Source: Candidatus Brocadiia bacterium | Lineage (GTDB): Bacteria; Planctomycetota; Brocadiia; SM23-32 | Reading direction: 5' to 3' | Assembly: GCA_046538485.1 (NCBI GenBank) | Contig: JBKHIT010000002.1 | Coordinates: forward strand, 32,001 to 96,000 | Length of the DNA stretch: 64,000 bases | In this document: piece after piece, positions 38,541 through 48,445 of the stretch | How the letters are laid out: the number at the start of each line of letters is the position of its first letter | Numbering within the stretch: position 1 is the stretch's first letter | Notes under the pieces: generated by a model | The model's database searches: none | What the model was told of the DNA's origin: nothing | The model's input: the letters and a program-made list of their open reading frames with translations, nothing else | Translations under genes and position numbers: made by a program

Positions 38541-39581
38541 ATGGAGCGTGAAGACTGGTTTAGAGTTGTTGAAATGAAAGGACCGGGCCCTATCCCGTGT
38601 CGACCGGTTCTGTCAGGTGCAACGTGGAATCAGCACAAAGAGGAACTTCAGAAAATTGTTGACAAATATCCCGACGTGTTTGGGGGCTCATCGCCCAGGG
38701 GAAAGTGGGAAAATTTCGACGACCGCCACAGCATCGAGACCACCATCGATAGCTGGGGTTGTCGATGGGACAATGCCCAGGCCGGTATCGTCGGACAGGT
38801 GACCGAACACCCTCTGGAAGATTGGGATGATTTTAACGGTTTCGAACCGCCGGATCCGGAGTATAAGACCGACTTTGGGGATAAGGATTGGGACAGCGAA
38901 CGCAAGAAGATTAAAGAGGCCAAAGAACAGGGGCAAATTACTGCAGGCGGAGTCAGTCACGGGTTTCTTTTCCAGCGTCTTTATTATCTGCGGGGCTTTG
39001 AAAACCTCATGATGGATATTGCCACCGGAGATCCCAGGCTCCTGAAGCTGATCGATATGGTGGTGGAATTCAACATGAAAATTGTCAAACGCTACCTGTC
39101 ACTCGGTGTCGATCTGATGCAGTTCGGTGACGACCTGGGTATGCAGGAGCGGCTGACAGTTTCGCCCGAGCAATGGCGTCGTTATATCGGGCCGGCATAC
39201 ACAAAGCTGTTTCAGACATGCCGTAATGCGGGCGCTCACGTTCACCTCCATTCCGATGGTTACATCACCGACATTATGGAGGATTTGATCGAAGCAGGAG
39301 TGACGATTCTTAACCCCCAGGATTTGATCCACGGCCTCGATGTGCTCAAGGGAAAGCTTAAAGGCAAAATTTGCATCGATCTCGACATTGACCGCCAGAA
39401 AATCATCCCGTGGGCAAGTCCGCAAGAGATCGATAATCACATCAAACGATGTATCAAAAAGCTGGGGTCTCGTCAGGGTGGCCTCATGATGGTGTGCGGA
39501 ATTTATCCGCCGACCCCCATCGAGAATATTGAGGCGCTCATCAGGGCGATGAGCCGGTACAGAACAATGTACGCGGAATGA
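38541..39581 (+). CDS. Uroporphyrinogen-decarboxylase/MtaA-CmuA superfamily protein
   Basis: DSWGCRW, HPLEDW, LRGFENLMMD, GDDLGMQ, HSDGYITDIMEDLIEAG, PTPIENIEAL. Confidence 0.88.
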   Translation: MEREDWFRVVEMKGPGPIPCRPVLSGATWNQHKEELQKIVDKYPDVFGGSSPRGKWENFDDRHSIETTIDSWGCRWDNAQAGIVGQVTEHPLEDWDDFNGFEPPDPEYKTDFGDKDWDSERKKIKEAKEQGQITAGGVSHGFLFQRLYYLRGFENLMMDIATGDPRLLKLIDMVVEFNMKIVKRYLSLGVDLMQFGDDLGMQERLTVSPEQWRRYIGPAYTKLFQTCRNAGAHVHLHSDGYITDIMEDLIEAGVTILNPQDLIHGLDVLKGKLKGKICIDLDIDRQKIIPWASPQEIDNHIKRCIKKLGSRQGGLMMVCGIYPPTPIENIEALIRAMSRYRTMYAE

Positions 39582-39678
39582 ACGTATAATCTCGACTCAG
39601 AGAAATTCAGTCAGAATGGACAGTCTCTCGGACTCAGATCCATATTTTTGATTGCTTTTCGAAGATAGGAGTCGATTT

Positions 39679-42600
39679 ATGAAAGTTCACTTTTACCTGT
39701 CTTTGCTGCTGATTTTTGCCCTCGCTGCGACCGCACCTCGGGCCGCTGAAAAAAATCCAGCAGCTCTAATATACGGAGGTATCCATGAAAAATACGTCGC
39801 CCGACCCCTCCACGCTCGGGATATTGAGTTTGATACCTGCACTAAAACGGAAAACCTTCAGGAGCGCTTGGAGAGTGGTAAATTTAATGTGCTTGTTGCC
39901 GTAAAGCTCCTCGGCCAAGAAGGAACGCAGGTGGCGCAGAAACATCTGGCTCGGGGAGGAGGTCTGCTCATCCTGGCGCCGAGCGGTAACCACCATCACA
40001 CCGAAAAATGGACCGCAATGAATCGATGGCTGACTGATATGGGAGCGCGCCCGCGGTGGGAAGTTCTTAAAGAAACGGACCCGGCAAATAGAGTCACCGA
40101 TATGATGGGCGTGGGACACAGTTTCACGGATCGGCTGAAGCCGCCGGTCAGTAAGGGGGTGAAGGGCGTTCTTATCATGATGCTTGGCAATCCCGGGGCG
40201 GAACCGGTGATGCCATTCGAGTTTTCCGAAAAATGGGACGTCGTGGTCAGGGGCGCGAAATCCCTCAAAACCGTCATCACCGAGCATCACAGCAAAGGGG
40301 CTCACCTGCAGCCCTGGATACCGGAAAAACCGATCGACAGCGGGCCGGCGTTTATGGGGGGCCGTGATTTTGGCGGGGGGCGCATTGCCGTTACGTCTTT
40401 GCGACCGAAGTGGTCTTTCACGGCGCCCGGTCATTGCCCGACTGTCGAAGTGATGATGACAAAGGGCGAGGACGGCAAACCGAGCGACTGGGTCGGGGTC
40501 CTGGCCAATACGATCCGTTGGCTTGCGAAACCCTCCCTGAAGAAAGGAATGGGCGGGGCAAAAACGCCGAAGAAACTTTTGCACCGGCCTCGAAAAAAAG
40601 TGAAAAATCTGGGTCCGAAGAAATGGAAAGGAATCACGGTTCTGAAAAATCGGCCCCAGACGCCCGGCCTCATCGGAGCACGCACAAAACTGTCTTCCGG
40701 TTCAGGTACGGTGTCGGATTACGTAGAAGAGGCCAAAAACGCGGGGCTGAAATACATCGTTTTCCTGGAAGACATGTTGCAACTTGAGAAAGGCGAATGG
40801 GATCAGCTCGTTGAAGAGTGCAAAAAATACTCGGGAGAAAATGTCCTTGCGCTCCCCGGTTTAACATACGAAGATGCGCAGGGCAATCACCTGTACGCTT
40901 TTGCGGACAACGTTCAGTTTCCGCGAGAGGATATGGTTCTTGAAGACGGGCGGCTGGCGACGAACAAAAAAAATCGGACCGGCGCGCTTTTCGACTATGT
41001 TAATGAGCTGATGCGGCAGGATATCATCAGCGGATACTGGCGACACGATGAAAACTGGCTCCATTGGGCGGATTATAAGCTCTACAACTCTTTCCCGATC
41101 TACTCTTTCGTTGATGGCAAGCCGGTGGACGATGCGTTTGCACAATGGCGATACTGGATGGATACCGGCGGATGTCAGGCGGCCCTCGCTCTGGAGATTA
41201 TGACCAATCCGAAACAGGTGAAAAAGCGTGCTAAAGGGGGCTGGAAAGTGGTTGCGACGCGTCCGCTGAAAGAACTGGACGGGACATGGCACCACGGGGC
41301 CTGGCCGTTCAACGGACGTTTCTCGCAATACATCACGAATGGCCCGAAAATCCTGGATTGGCGGCGAATCCAGCACCCGAGTGTCCGGGGTGAATGGTGG
41401 AGACCGGACTTCTGGCAGGTACGTATGGGTTTGCGAGTCAGCTCGGATGCAGGGCTGAAGTCCGTCACAATTTACCGCGGCAATCGTGACGTGGCCCGCC
41501 GCTGGAAGCTCGATGGGGCGCAGGAATTCGAGCATGTTTTCGTTACCACAAACGCGCAGCAACACGGTTTGTTTCTCGTGGTCGAAGATGTGAAAGGCAG
41601 ACGTGCTATCAGCATGGAATACTGGAACCGCAATTTCATCAACGAACAATTCATTTGCGGCGATCGATGCAATTTCCTGGGCAACGCGCGTTTTGTCAGC
41701 AAAGACGGTCGCTGGATCTGGTTACCATGCGGTTTCCAGGGCAATTTGGGTATTGCTCCGAGCAAAGGATCGATGAAAAAAGCGATGAGGTGGGAACCGG
41801 CCATTTCTCTCACTGCCAATGTCCCGACTCTACCAGTCGATGGCCGACCGGTGAGCTGGGATACACCATCCCTCAGTGCGCGCGTCCATGTGCCCGGTGA
41901 GTGCAAGGAATTGTTCACCTATCCCACTAATTACCTGTTCTCGCCGGAAATGATGATTGGACAGGGCAACTTTAAATTGGCTTACGATCCGGCCGAGTAC
42001 GGCGCCAGAAAATCTCCCATAGGAATACCTTACGAGGAACCCGATAAACAGGCTCATATCGGGAAGAATGCCTGGACAAGCTGGTTCCATCTGGTGCCCA
42101 CGAAGTTTTTGAGTGGTTGGTACCGGATCTGGGCAACACCTGTGCTGGGTACGACGCGGGAACGAGTTGCCCGTTTCGGCGGATTCCAGGCGTCTCCGGT
42201 GATGAAACGGGATGTGACGCTCGAAGAAGGCGGTTCGGTTGTCCGACTCTGGGGCGGAAAGGGATGGGAAATTTACCGGGGCGATGAGCTGCTGGCCGGG
42301 AAGGGTACTAAAAAAGCATCAGGAGATTTCGGACGTGGAGCGTTCGCCCTGAAATTCAGTCCCAAAGGTTCGGTCGCCCTCATCGGCAGCGATGCGCCCA
42401 TGCGGTACCGACTTAAAGGCGGGAGACTCAGTATCGTCAGCGTCCACAAACAGCGCAATCTTGAGAAAGGGGGGACGGTGGAATTTTTCATCCCCTGGGT
42501 CGGGTTTTCCGGCGCGGTTTCGCCCGAACGTGCGCGCAAATGTCTCAAGGCGTTCGGCATCCGAAGCCCCGGCAACACCGCTTACCGAGCGGAAGTCAGA

Positions 42601-43062
42601 CGGGGAGAGGAAACGGATCGATACCTTTTCTGGCGCACAAAGGCGGAGAATGGGGCTTTTGAGGCCACCGTAAAACGGTGTAAGCTTCTCAATTTCATTC
42701 CGCTCATAGTTGACGGTCTGCACGAACACTGGTCTGCGCACCTGCTTATTCGCAGCAAAAAGTGGCCCAATCATCGTGCAATACCGGTGCGAAAAGGTCG
42801 GGGCTACGCACAGCTCGATCCCACCGAAGGCGATATCGATATCTTCGCCGGGCATCCAATCACTTGCGACGACCTCCGTGTACGGCTGACTGTTAATTGG
42901 AAAGAAAGACCCAAAATATGGTTTATCGAGGCCCACAATCCGACCGACGATAAATGCGCGGTCCATCTTCGAAGTTCCGCGGGCTGGGACGTGTTTGATT
43001 TTGATAAGCAGATTGAGCTCAAACCAGGCAGCAGTGAAGTCTGGGAGATCGAAGGGAAATAG
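39679..43062 (+). CDS. Large secreted hypothetical protein with a GATase-like N-domain and a degenerate PHP-like domain
   Basis: Signal peptide MKVHFYLSLLLIFALAATAPRA; HLARGGGLL...NTIRWLA; GLIGARTKLSSGSGTVSDYVEEAKNAGLKYIVFLE; YITNGP. Confidence 0.75.
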   Translation: MKVHFYLSLLLIFALAATAPRAAEKNPAALIYGGIHEKYVARPLHARDIEFDTCTKTENLQERLESGKFNVLVAVKLLGQEGTQVAQKHLARGGGLLILAPSGNHHHTEKWTAMNRWLTDMGARPRWEVLKETDPANRVTDMMGVGHSFTDRLKPPVSKGVKGVLIMMLGNPGAEPVMPFEFSEKWDVVVRGAKSLKTVITEHHSKGAHLQPWIPEKPIDSGPAFMGGRDFGGGRIAVTSLRPKWSFTAPGHCPTVEVMMTKGEDGKPSDWVGVLANTIRWLAKPSLKKGMGGAKTPKKLLHRPRKKVKNLGPKKWKGITVLKNRPQTPGLIGARTKLSSGSGTVSDYVEEAKNAGLKYIVFLEDMLQLEKGEWDQLVEECKKYSGENVLALPGLTYEDAQGNHLYAFADNVQFPREDMVLEDGRLATNKKNRTGALFDYVNELMRQDIISGYWRHDENWLHWADYKLYNSFPIYSFVDGKPVDDAFAQWRYWMDTGGCQAALALEIMTNPKQVKKRAKGGWKVVATRPLKELDGTWHHGAWPFNGRFSQYITNGPKILDWRRIQHPSVRGEWWRPDFWQVRMGLRVSSDAGLKSVTIYRGNRDVARRWKLDGAQEFEHVFVTTNAQQHGLFLVVEDVKGRRAISMEYWNRNFINEQFICGDRCNFLGNARFVSKDGRWIWLPCGFQGNLGIAPSKGSMKKAMRWEPAISLTANVPTLPVDGRPVSWDTPSLSARVHVPGECKELFTYPTNYLFSPEMMIGQGNFKLAYDPAEYGARKSPIGIPYEEPDKQAHIGKNAWTSWFHLVPTKFLSGWYRIWATPVLGTTRERVARFGGFQASPVMKRDVTLEEGGSVVRLWGGKGWEIYRGDELLAGKGTKKASGDFGRGAFALKFSPKGSVALIGSDAPMRYRLKGGRLSIVSVHKQRNLEKGGTVEFFIPWVGFSGAVSPERARKCLKAFGIRSPGNTAYRAEVRRGEETDRYLFWRTKAENGAFEATVKRCKLLNFIPLIVDGLHEHWSAHLLIRSKKWPNHRAIPVRKGRGYAQLDPTEGDIDIFAGHPITCDDLRVRLTVNWKERPKIWFIEAHNPTDDKCAVHLRSSAGWDVFDFDKQIELKPGSSEVWEIEGK

Positions 43063-43078
43063 GGGCCAGTATGTCGAG

Positions 43079-45208
43079 TCAATCTGCGTTTCCAATCGGT
43101 CGCTCTTCACCGTCAACTTCAAAGTAGGTACCGTCTCCGATGGCGTAATCCAGGACATTGCCATTTTCCACATCCCGTCTCACAACGCACCAGCTACCGA
43201 GAGCTTTTACGCCGGCGGCCTGCAGAACGCCGTGTTCGTGCGTCCGGATCAATACGTCTTCGACCCCGTCGAAAGTTATCCGCACGGCAATCGACTGGGG
43301 AAGACTTTTGATTCGCTCAACTTCGGGTGGGGGTTCTTCTACCCGTCGCGGCAACAACAGGGACATGAGACGGCCGTTGTATCCGGCGATTCGGGCGACC
43401 AAACGCGGCCGACGAAACGCCGAGTAGTGAACCTGCTCGGCAGGACGGTCGAATTTCTCCATGTGAGATTCCACCGACCCCAGGTATTCGTAAGAGCTTG
43501 GTTCCGCCACGTCCTGAAACAGCTCTTCAAGCACATGATCGCGGGGATATTGTTCCGGGGCGGGCAACGCAAAACGAACATCGAGCGCTCCTTCGCCCCG
43601 CCAGCCGAAGACCGTTGCTCTGTCTTCGGCGATTTCAATCGTATTCTCCGGGCAGGCGTGAAACTGCCACCAGTACTCGGCCCATTGGTTATTTTTGTTG
43701 ATGTCATCCACGATCCAGATGTAAGGTCGAGCGGCCTGGCCTTTCACGAATCCAATCCGCCGCCGCGCCCGGTAACAATCGTGCTGCAGGGTGCTGTCGA
43801 CAAGGGCCGTATCCACGAAGTTGCCGGGGGTGTATTCTTTCAGAGTCCCGGCATGGTCCATGAATTGCCAGGCCCCGTCGGTACTGCGGCCGCTTTTCCC
43901 ATCGATCAAGACTACGTTATGACAGTTCTGCTCCATGTTGTAGCGGCCGGGGCCGATGGCGAAGTATTCTCCCAGTGCCGAAACCATGAAATGCCCGCAG
44001 CTCGCGTGTTCGTGTCCCATGGCAGCCGGGCTTCTCTGGGAGGAGTCAAATGCCAGGTAAGCATCGTCTGGTTCCCAGCCCGACCGGAACGATACCATGC
44101 CTCTGCGGGGGGCCAGAAACTGGGTGGGGACATCCGTTTCCGATGGGGGCTTTCCCCGGTCGAAACTGTCCGCGAGCAGGACGGAGTAGAAGGTATCTTC
44201 CACCTGCATTCCGTTGCCCAGATCGATATCCCTCTTATCGGACAGATGAGTGAGCAACCAGATTAGTGTGGGGTCATGGGTCTCGTCGGCGAGCCGAGCG
44301 AGAACGAACGTGCGCAGTCCGAAATCGTCTCCGTGATCGCCGGTGGTGGTCAGATGCGTACCCCAGGGCTGGAGCATGTGGAGCATGGCGCGCCCGAATT
44401 TGGCGTAGCGTGGGCACTTTTCATAAACATCGTAGATTCCGGCGCGTCTCAGGATTTCGACGGTGTGGGCGAGACGGGCGGTCATTAATGTGCCGTATCC
44501 CATGTCTTCTTCCGGATAACCGTTCGGACCGAGGCAGCCGTGGACGATGGCTTCGATCATGGGAATGACCTGCGGCCAGAGTTCTTCAGCGCCCTCGACG
44601 CAGGGCTCACCTTCAAGACAGAGCAAAGCCTGCACAGCATTCAGCACGCCGCTCATGGGAATATTGGCGCCCGGACCTTTGAAAATGCGGACCGAAAGGT
44701 CGTTCAGGTTCTCCTGGACCCCGTGTTCCCATGCCCAGGAGCAGATTTTTTCTTTTTCGTCATCCTCAAGGTCCTGGGCCACCATATCATAGGCCTGGCT
44801 TATGAGACCGACGCCGTTGTAGGAGAGGGCAAGGCGTCCCTGTCCGGAACTGTCGAAATCGGGGATCACCCGAAACAGCCGTTTCACGGCTTTCAATGCT
44901 TTCTTATCCCGGTCCAGCAGATAGATCAGGGCCATATCGACGATGCCGGTTGTGCGCCCTCCTTTCACGAGTTTCTGAGTTTTCGAACGCGGTTCACCGG
45001 TTGCCTCGCGGAGTTCCGCATCCGTGTCGAATTCGAGTACTCGTTCGACCTGCGAGTGGACTCGCTCGCGGAACGCTTCTACGATTGTCCGACCGTGACC
45101 GGAGGACAATTTTTCCCGCAGCGCGGGCAGGTCATCGATTCCGAAATGTATTCTCGGCCGTGAGCGATTCGTGCGTAGCTCGTTGGCGGCTCCCCAATCG
45201 TAGTTCAT
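43079..45208 (-). CDS. Heparinase II/III-family polysaccharide-lyase-like protein
   Basis: RPRIHF, alpha-toroid region with GYPEEDMGYG, SFRSGW, GHEHASCGHF, HNVVLIDG. No signal peptide. Confidence 0.8.
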   Translation of the reverse strand: MNYDWGAANELRTNRSRPRIHFGIDDLPALREKLSSGHGRTIVEAFRERVHSQVERVLEFDTDAELREATGEPRSKTQKLVKGGRTTGIVDMALIYLLDRDKKALKAVKRLFRVIPDFDSSGQGRLALSYNGVGLISQAYDMVAQDLEDDEKEKICSWAWEHGVQENLNDLSVRIFKGPGANIPMSGVLNAVQALLCLEGEPCVEGAEELWPQVIPMIEAIVHGCLGPNGYPEEDMGYGTLMTARLAHTVEILRRAGIYDVYEKCPRYAKFGRAMLHMLQPWGTHLTTTGDHGDDFGLRTFVLARLADETHDPTLIWLLTHLSDKRDIDLGNGMQVEDTFYSVLLADSFDRGKPPSETDVPTQFLAPRRGMVSFRSGWEPDDAYLAFDSSQRSPAAMGHEHASCGHFMVSALGEYFAIGPGRYNMEQNCHNVVLIDGKSGRSTDGAWQFMDHAGTLKEYTPGNFVDTALVDSTLQHDCYRARRRIGFVKGQAARPYIWIVDDINKNNQWAEYWWQFHACPENTIEIAEDRATVFGWRGEGALDVRFALPAPEQYPRDHVLEELFQDVAEPSSYEYLGSVESHMEKFDRPAEQVHYSAFRRPRLVARIAGYNGRLMSLLLPRRVEEPPPEVERIKSLPQSIAVRITFDGVEDVLIRTHEHGVLQAAGVKALGSWCVVRRDVENGNVLDYAIGDGTYFEVDGEERPIGNAD

Positions 45209-45328
45209 CTTGTTGTTCCCTTCGGTTTTAGGCCCGCTGCGCTTGCGGAGCAATTTAAACTTCTCGTCTTTGGACAGTGGAATCTGTAAGAGACGGGCTC
45301 GAGATGGGCGGCGCCAAATTAATCTGTT

Positions 45329-45358
45329 ATCGTATTATGCGCGTCTAAAATTTGTCAA
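45329..45358 (-). promoter_or_regulatory. Candidate promoter (TTGACA-N18-TACGAT)
   Basis: Minus strand, about 120 nt upstream of the heparinase-like ATG. Confidence 0.5.
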
Positions 45359-45492
45359 GACTAATTATCCGAACGAGATCCCCAGTGATCTATGACAGTG
45401 GATTTTATGGGTTCAGTGGGGCGATGGCAGGGAATATCTGGGTTGCTGGGAATTGAAGGGTACACGCCGAACGCAATTCATTGAGCGGCCGT

Positions 45493-46011
45493 TCACCCGG
45501 CATGAAACGTATTGATCAGGCTCTGTCCCTTCAGCCGGTCGGAAAGGGCCTCAATGGACATTGGTTTTTGGGTTGAGATGTCTATTTTTGATGGGCGGCC
45601 CGGACGCAGGTGGATAAAATTGTCGCTGTAGCTGGCCCCTCGACCCGGCAGTTCCAGCCAGCTCCACAAAGCGGAGCGGGATGCACTCAAAGAGATGGTG
45701 AAAGAAGTCTCGCTGTTCTCACGGATTTCGGTAGAAATGTCCGGACGCTGGATGTCAATGTGTTTGGGGCGCGCAAACAGCACGAGATTCTCTGAAACGA
45801 TTTCCCCCTTCACCTGCATCTCCAGGAACAACAGCAGATTGCGCAGTTCGGCGTCGCTGGCAAGTCCCCCAATGTCCAGAGTATCGACGTGCGTATCGGA
45901 CAGGGGTTTTGCTTCCGCGTTCAGCGGTCCTTCCTTTATCTTGCGACCATCCGCGTGATAAAGATACCAGCCGATCTCGACCGGCATGTGTTCCCGGTGA
46001 TCATTCGTTCC
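45493..46011 (-). pseudogene. C-terminal Ig-domain fragment of a GH2 beta-mannosidase-like gene
   Basis: TND...LLFLEM...SENLVLFARPKHID...ALWSWL...YSDNFIHLRPG...SLINTF matches the beta-mannosidase C-terminus; no catalytic barrel upstream. Confidence 0.65.
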
Positions 46012-46021
46012 GTGGGGACAG

Positions 46022-46225
46022 ATGAGGACGTCAAATTTTACTTCCGCGAAAGTCGCCCGCGATGATGCACGGGAAGGCGGCCAGCGGGACGAATCATGGA
46101 CTACACTTGAAGAGTATATGGCGGAGCACGATGTCATGGCGATCCCGCATCACCGAAAGCGGTGGGGAATTTACCGTGACGAGTCCCGTGTGGGAGAGAA
46201 GGTAACGGACTGCGGTTCTGAGTAA
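46022..46225 (+). pseudogene. Short fragment of another gene, possibly PHP/DUF3604-like
   Basis: Protein-like stretch SWTTLEEYMAEHDVMAIPHH in a 67-codon ORF, back-to-back with the mannosidase fragment. Confidence 0.3.
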
Positions 46226-46281
46226 GCTCATACAGCTATCAAACACCTAAGCGAGCCAGAGCATACACTGCTCGCGGGTTG

Positions 46282-46316
46282 CACGCGCTTGACGCGTGGG
46301 CCGCAACGGGTAAAAA
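46282..46316 (+). promoter_or_regulatory. Candidate promoter of cluster 2 (TTGACG-N16-TAAAAA) overlapped by the palindrome CACGCG-N5-CGCGTG
   Basis: Read directly; the -10 is weak. Confidence 0.35.
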
Positions 46317-46393
46317 TAAGAACGGTTTAAAGGTGTTTGCCAGACGGTTTTTGAAATCGAAAATCAATATGGGGAACGGGGGAGAGAGGAGAA

Positions 46394-47413
46394 ATGATGG
46401 GTGACGAAGCGGATGTGCAATTGGTTGAAAAGGCCCATGCGGCCCGCGACAAAATCCTTGGCGAAGTACAAAAAGTCATTATAGGGCAGGAACGACTGAT
46501 AGAGGAGGTTCTGATCTCTCTATTTGCCGGTGGGCATGTACTTATGGTGGGTGTGCCGGGATTGGCAAAAACGCTCCTGGTTCGGACGCTGGCGAAAACT
46601 CTTTCTGTCGAGTTCAAGCGTATCCAGTTTACTCCGGATATGATGCCTTCAGATATTACCGGCACTGAAGTTCTCGAGGAAGATCATGCGACAGGGGGAA
46701 AGCAATTTGTTTTCGTCCAGGGGCCGGTTTTTACAAATCTCCTGCTGGCTGATGAGATAAACCGCACCCCACCGAAAACGCAGGCGGCTCTTCTGGAAGC
46801 TATGCAGGAGAAGGATGTTACGGTTGGCAAGCAGACGTATGGTCTGGATGAACCTTTCATGGTAATGGCCACGCAGAATCCAATTGAGCAAGAAGGCACA
46901 TACCCGCTTCCAGAAGCACAGCTTGATCGGTTTATGTTCATGGTTATGGTCGATTATCCGGCGCAGGACGAGTTGAAAGAAATCATCCGCGAGACGACAG
47001 TTGGTCACCTGCCCGAACCGGATTCGGTTCTGACTGGTGAAGATGTCGCAAAATTGCGAGAGACAGTATGGACGATTCCGATCAGCGACCATGTGCTTGA
47101 TTATATTGTCCGAATCGTTCAGGCCACTCACCCGGATGAGGAGAACGCTGCGGAGATGGTGAAGAAGTATCTTTCGTGGGGAGCCGGGCCCCGCGCGGGC
47201 CAGTACCTCAGTTTGGGAGCTAAATCGCGTGCGCTGCTTCGCGGGAACCTCCAGGCGACCGCGGAAGATGTCCGCGCGGTTATTCACCCCGTCATGCGGC
47301 ATAGAATGGTCACGAATTACACCGCTCTTGCCGATGGGGTGGATACGGATGATGTGATCGATGATTTGCTGAAAGTTGTGCCGGAAGCGCCCAAGGAGAA
47401 AGTTGGCGCCTGA
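46394..47413 (+). CDS. moxR: MoxR-family AAA+ ATPase
   Basis: GVPGLAKT, RIQFTPDMMPSDITG, LLADEINR, ATQNPIEQEGTYPLPEAQLDRF, WGAGPRA. Confidence 0.97.
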   Translation: MMGDEADVQLVEKAHAARDKILGEVQKVIIGQERLIEEVLISLFAGGHVLMVGVPGLAKTLLVRTLAKTLSVEFKRIQFTPDMMPSDITGTEVLEEDHATGGKQFVFVQGPVFTNLLLADEINRTPPKTQAALLEAMQEKDVTVGKQTYGLDEPFMVMATQNPIEQEGTYPLPEAQLDRFMFMVMVDYPAQDELKEIIRETTVGHLPEPDSVLTGEDVAKLRETVWTIPISDHVLDYIVRIVQATHPDEENAAEMVKKYLSWGAGPRAGQYLSLGAKSRALLRGNLQATAEDVRAVIHPVMRHRMVTNYTALADGVDTDDVIDDLLKVVPEAPKEKVGA

Positions 47414-47464
47414 CGGTTCTTTCACGGGGTTCCTCCTTTTCATTGGTTCTGAGCTGAAAGAAAT

Positions 47465-48367
47465 ATGCCCACCAGTCAATTTCTTGATCCAGAGGTCTTG
47501 CGCTCACTCGCCAATATCGAATTGAGAGCGCGAGTGCTCGTGGAGGGAATGTACGCATCCCGTCATAGAAGCCCGTATTACGGTTACAGCCAGGAATTTG
47601 TCGATCACCGGGAATACGCCCCGGGCGACGAACCGAAGATGATCGATTGGAAGATGGTAGCGCGGACTGAAAAATATTTCGTCAAACGGTTCGAGATGGA
47701 ATCAAATATGAACGTCGTGGCGCTGCTGGATGTCAGCGGTTCGATGGGATATGAATCCAGTAACGAAGCGCGTCTGAGCAAACTGGAATACGGTTCTTTC
47801 CTGGCAGCTTCCCTTGCTTTTTTGGTCAATAAACAACAGGACTCTCCCGGGTTGGTAACGTTTGACGAAAACATCCGTGATCTTGTCCCCCCAAAACAGG
47901 GGGATCGCAATCTTCATACTATTCTTTCGAAATTGCAGGATACCGAACCGGGTGGGAGAACGGATGTGGGCGATGTGCTCAAAGCGATAAGTCAGCGGCT
48001 AAAAAATAACGGGATAGTTCTAATTATCAGCGACTGTTACGGGGACCCAGAAAATGTAGCGGAAGGCGTTCGGCATCTGTTGGTGCGCGGTCAGGATGTC
48101 ATCATATTCCACCTGATGGATCATGATGAGGTGACGTTCCCGTTCAAGTCTCTGACAAGTTTTCGAGATATGGAGACGGGGCAGGAAGTTATGAGCGACC
48201 CTCTCCGCCAGAAACAGCGGTATCTGAACAAATTCGAGGCTTTTCGGGAAGCGTTGCGCTCCAGCATCACTTCTGCTGGTGCCGACTATCGTTTCGTCGA
48301 TACGGTTGATCCGCTGGAAACAGTATTGCGGGATTATCTCCTTTATCGTGAGCAGACCATGAGATGA
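47465..48367 (+). CDS. DUF58 domain protein
   Basis: HRSPYYGYSQEFVDHREYAPGD...IDWK, LLDVSGSM, IISD. Confidence 0.95.
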   Translation: MPTSQFLDPEVLRSLANIELRARVLVEGMYASRHRSPYYGYSQEFVDHREYAPGDEPKMIDWKMVARTEKYFVKRFEMESNMNVVALLDVSGSMGYESSNEARLSKLEYGSFLAASLAFLVNKQQDSPGLVTFDENIRDLVPPKQGDRNLHTILSKLQDTEPGGRTDVGDVLKAISQRLKNNGIVLIISDCYGDPENVAEGVRHLLVRGQDVIIFHLMDHDEVTFPFKSLTSFRDMETGQEVMSDPLRQKQRYLNKFEAFREALRSSITSAGADYRFVDTVDPLETVLRDYLLYREQTMR

Positions 48368-48445
48368 AAAGGATTGTTCTAAAGAGCTTTTCTAGTTTAT
48401 TTCGTATCGTCAGAGACGGGAACGAAATGGTTTGATGGAGGCGCG

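Noticed and set aside
38541..39581. hemE (true uroporphyrinogen decarboxylase)
   Set aside because: It lacks the N-terminal PVWxMRQAGR signature, so it is assigned only to the wider superfamily.
42995..44266. 423-aa plus-strand ORF, and similar long antisense ORFs over ftsH, eno and the DUF4175-like gene
   Set aside because: Antisense to well-supported genes, with no recognisable motifs.
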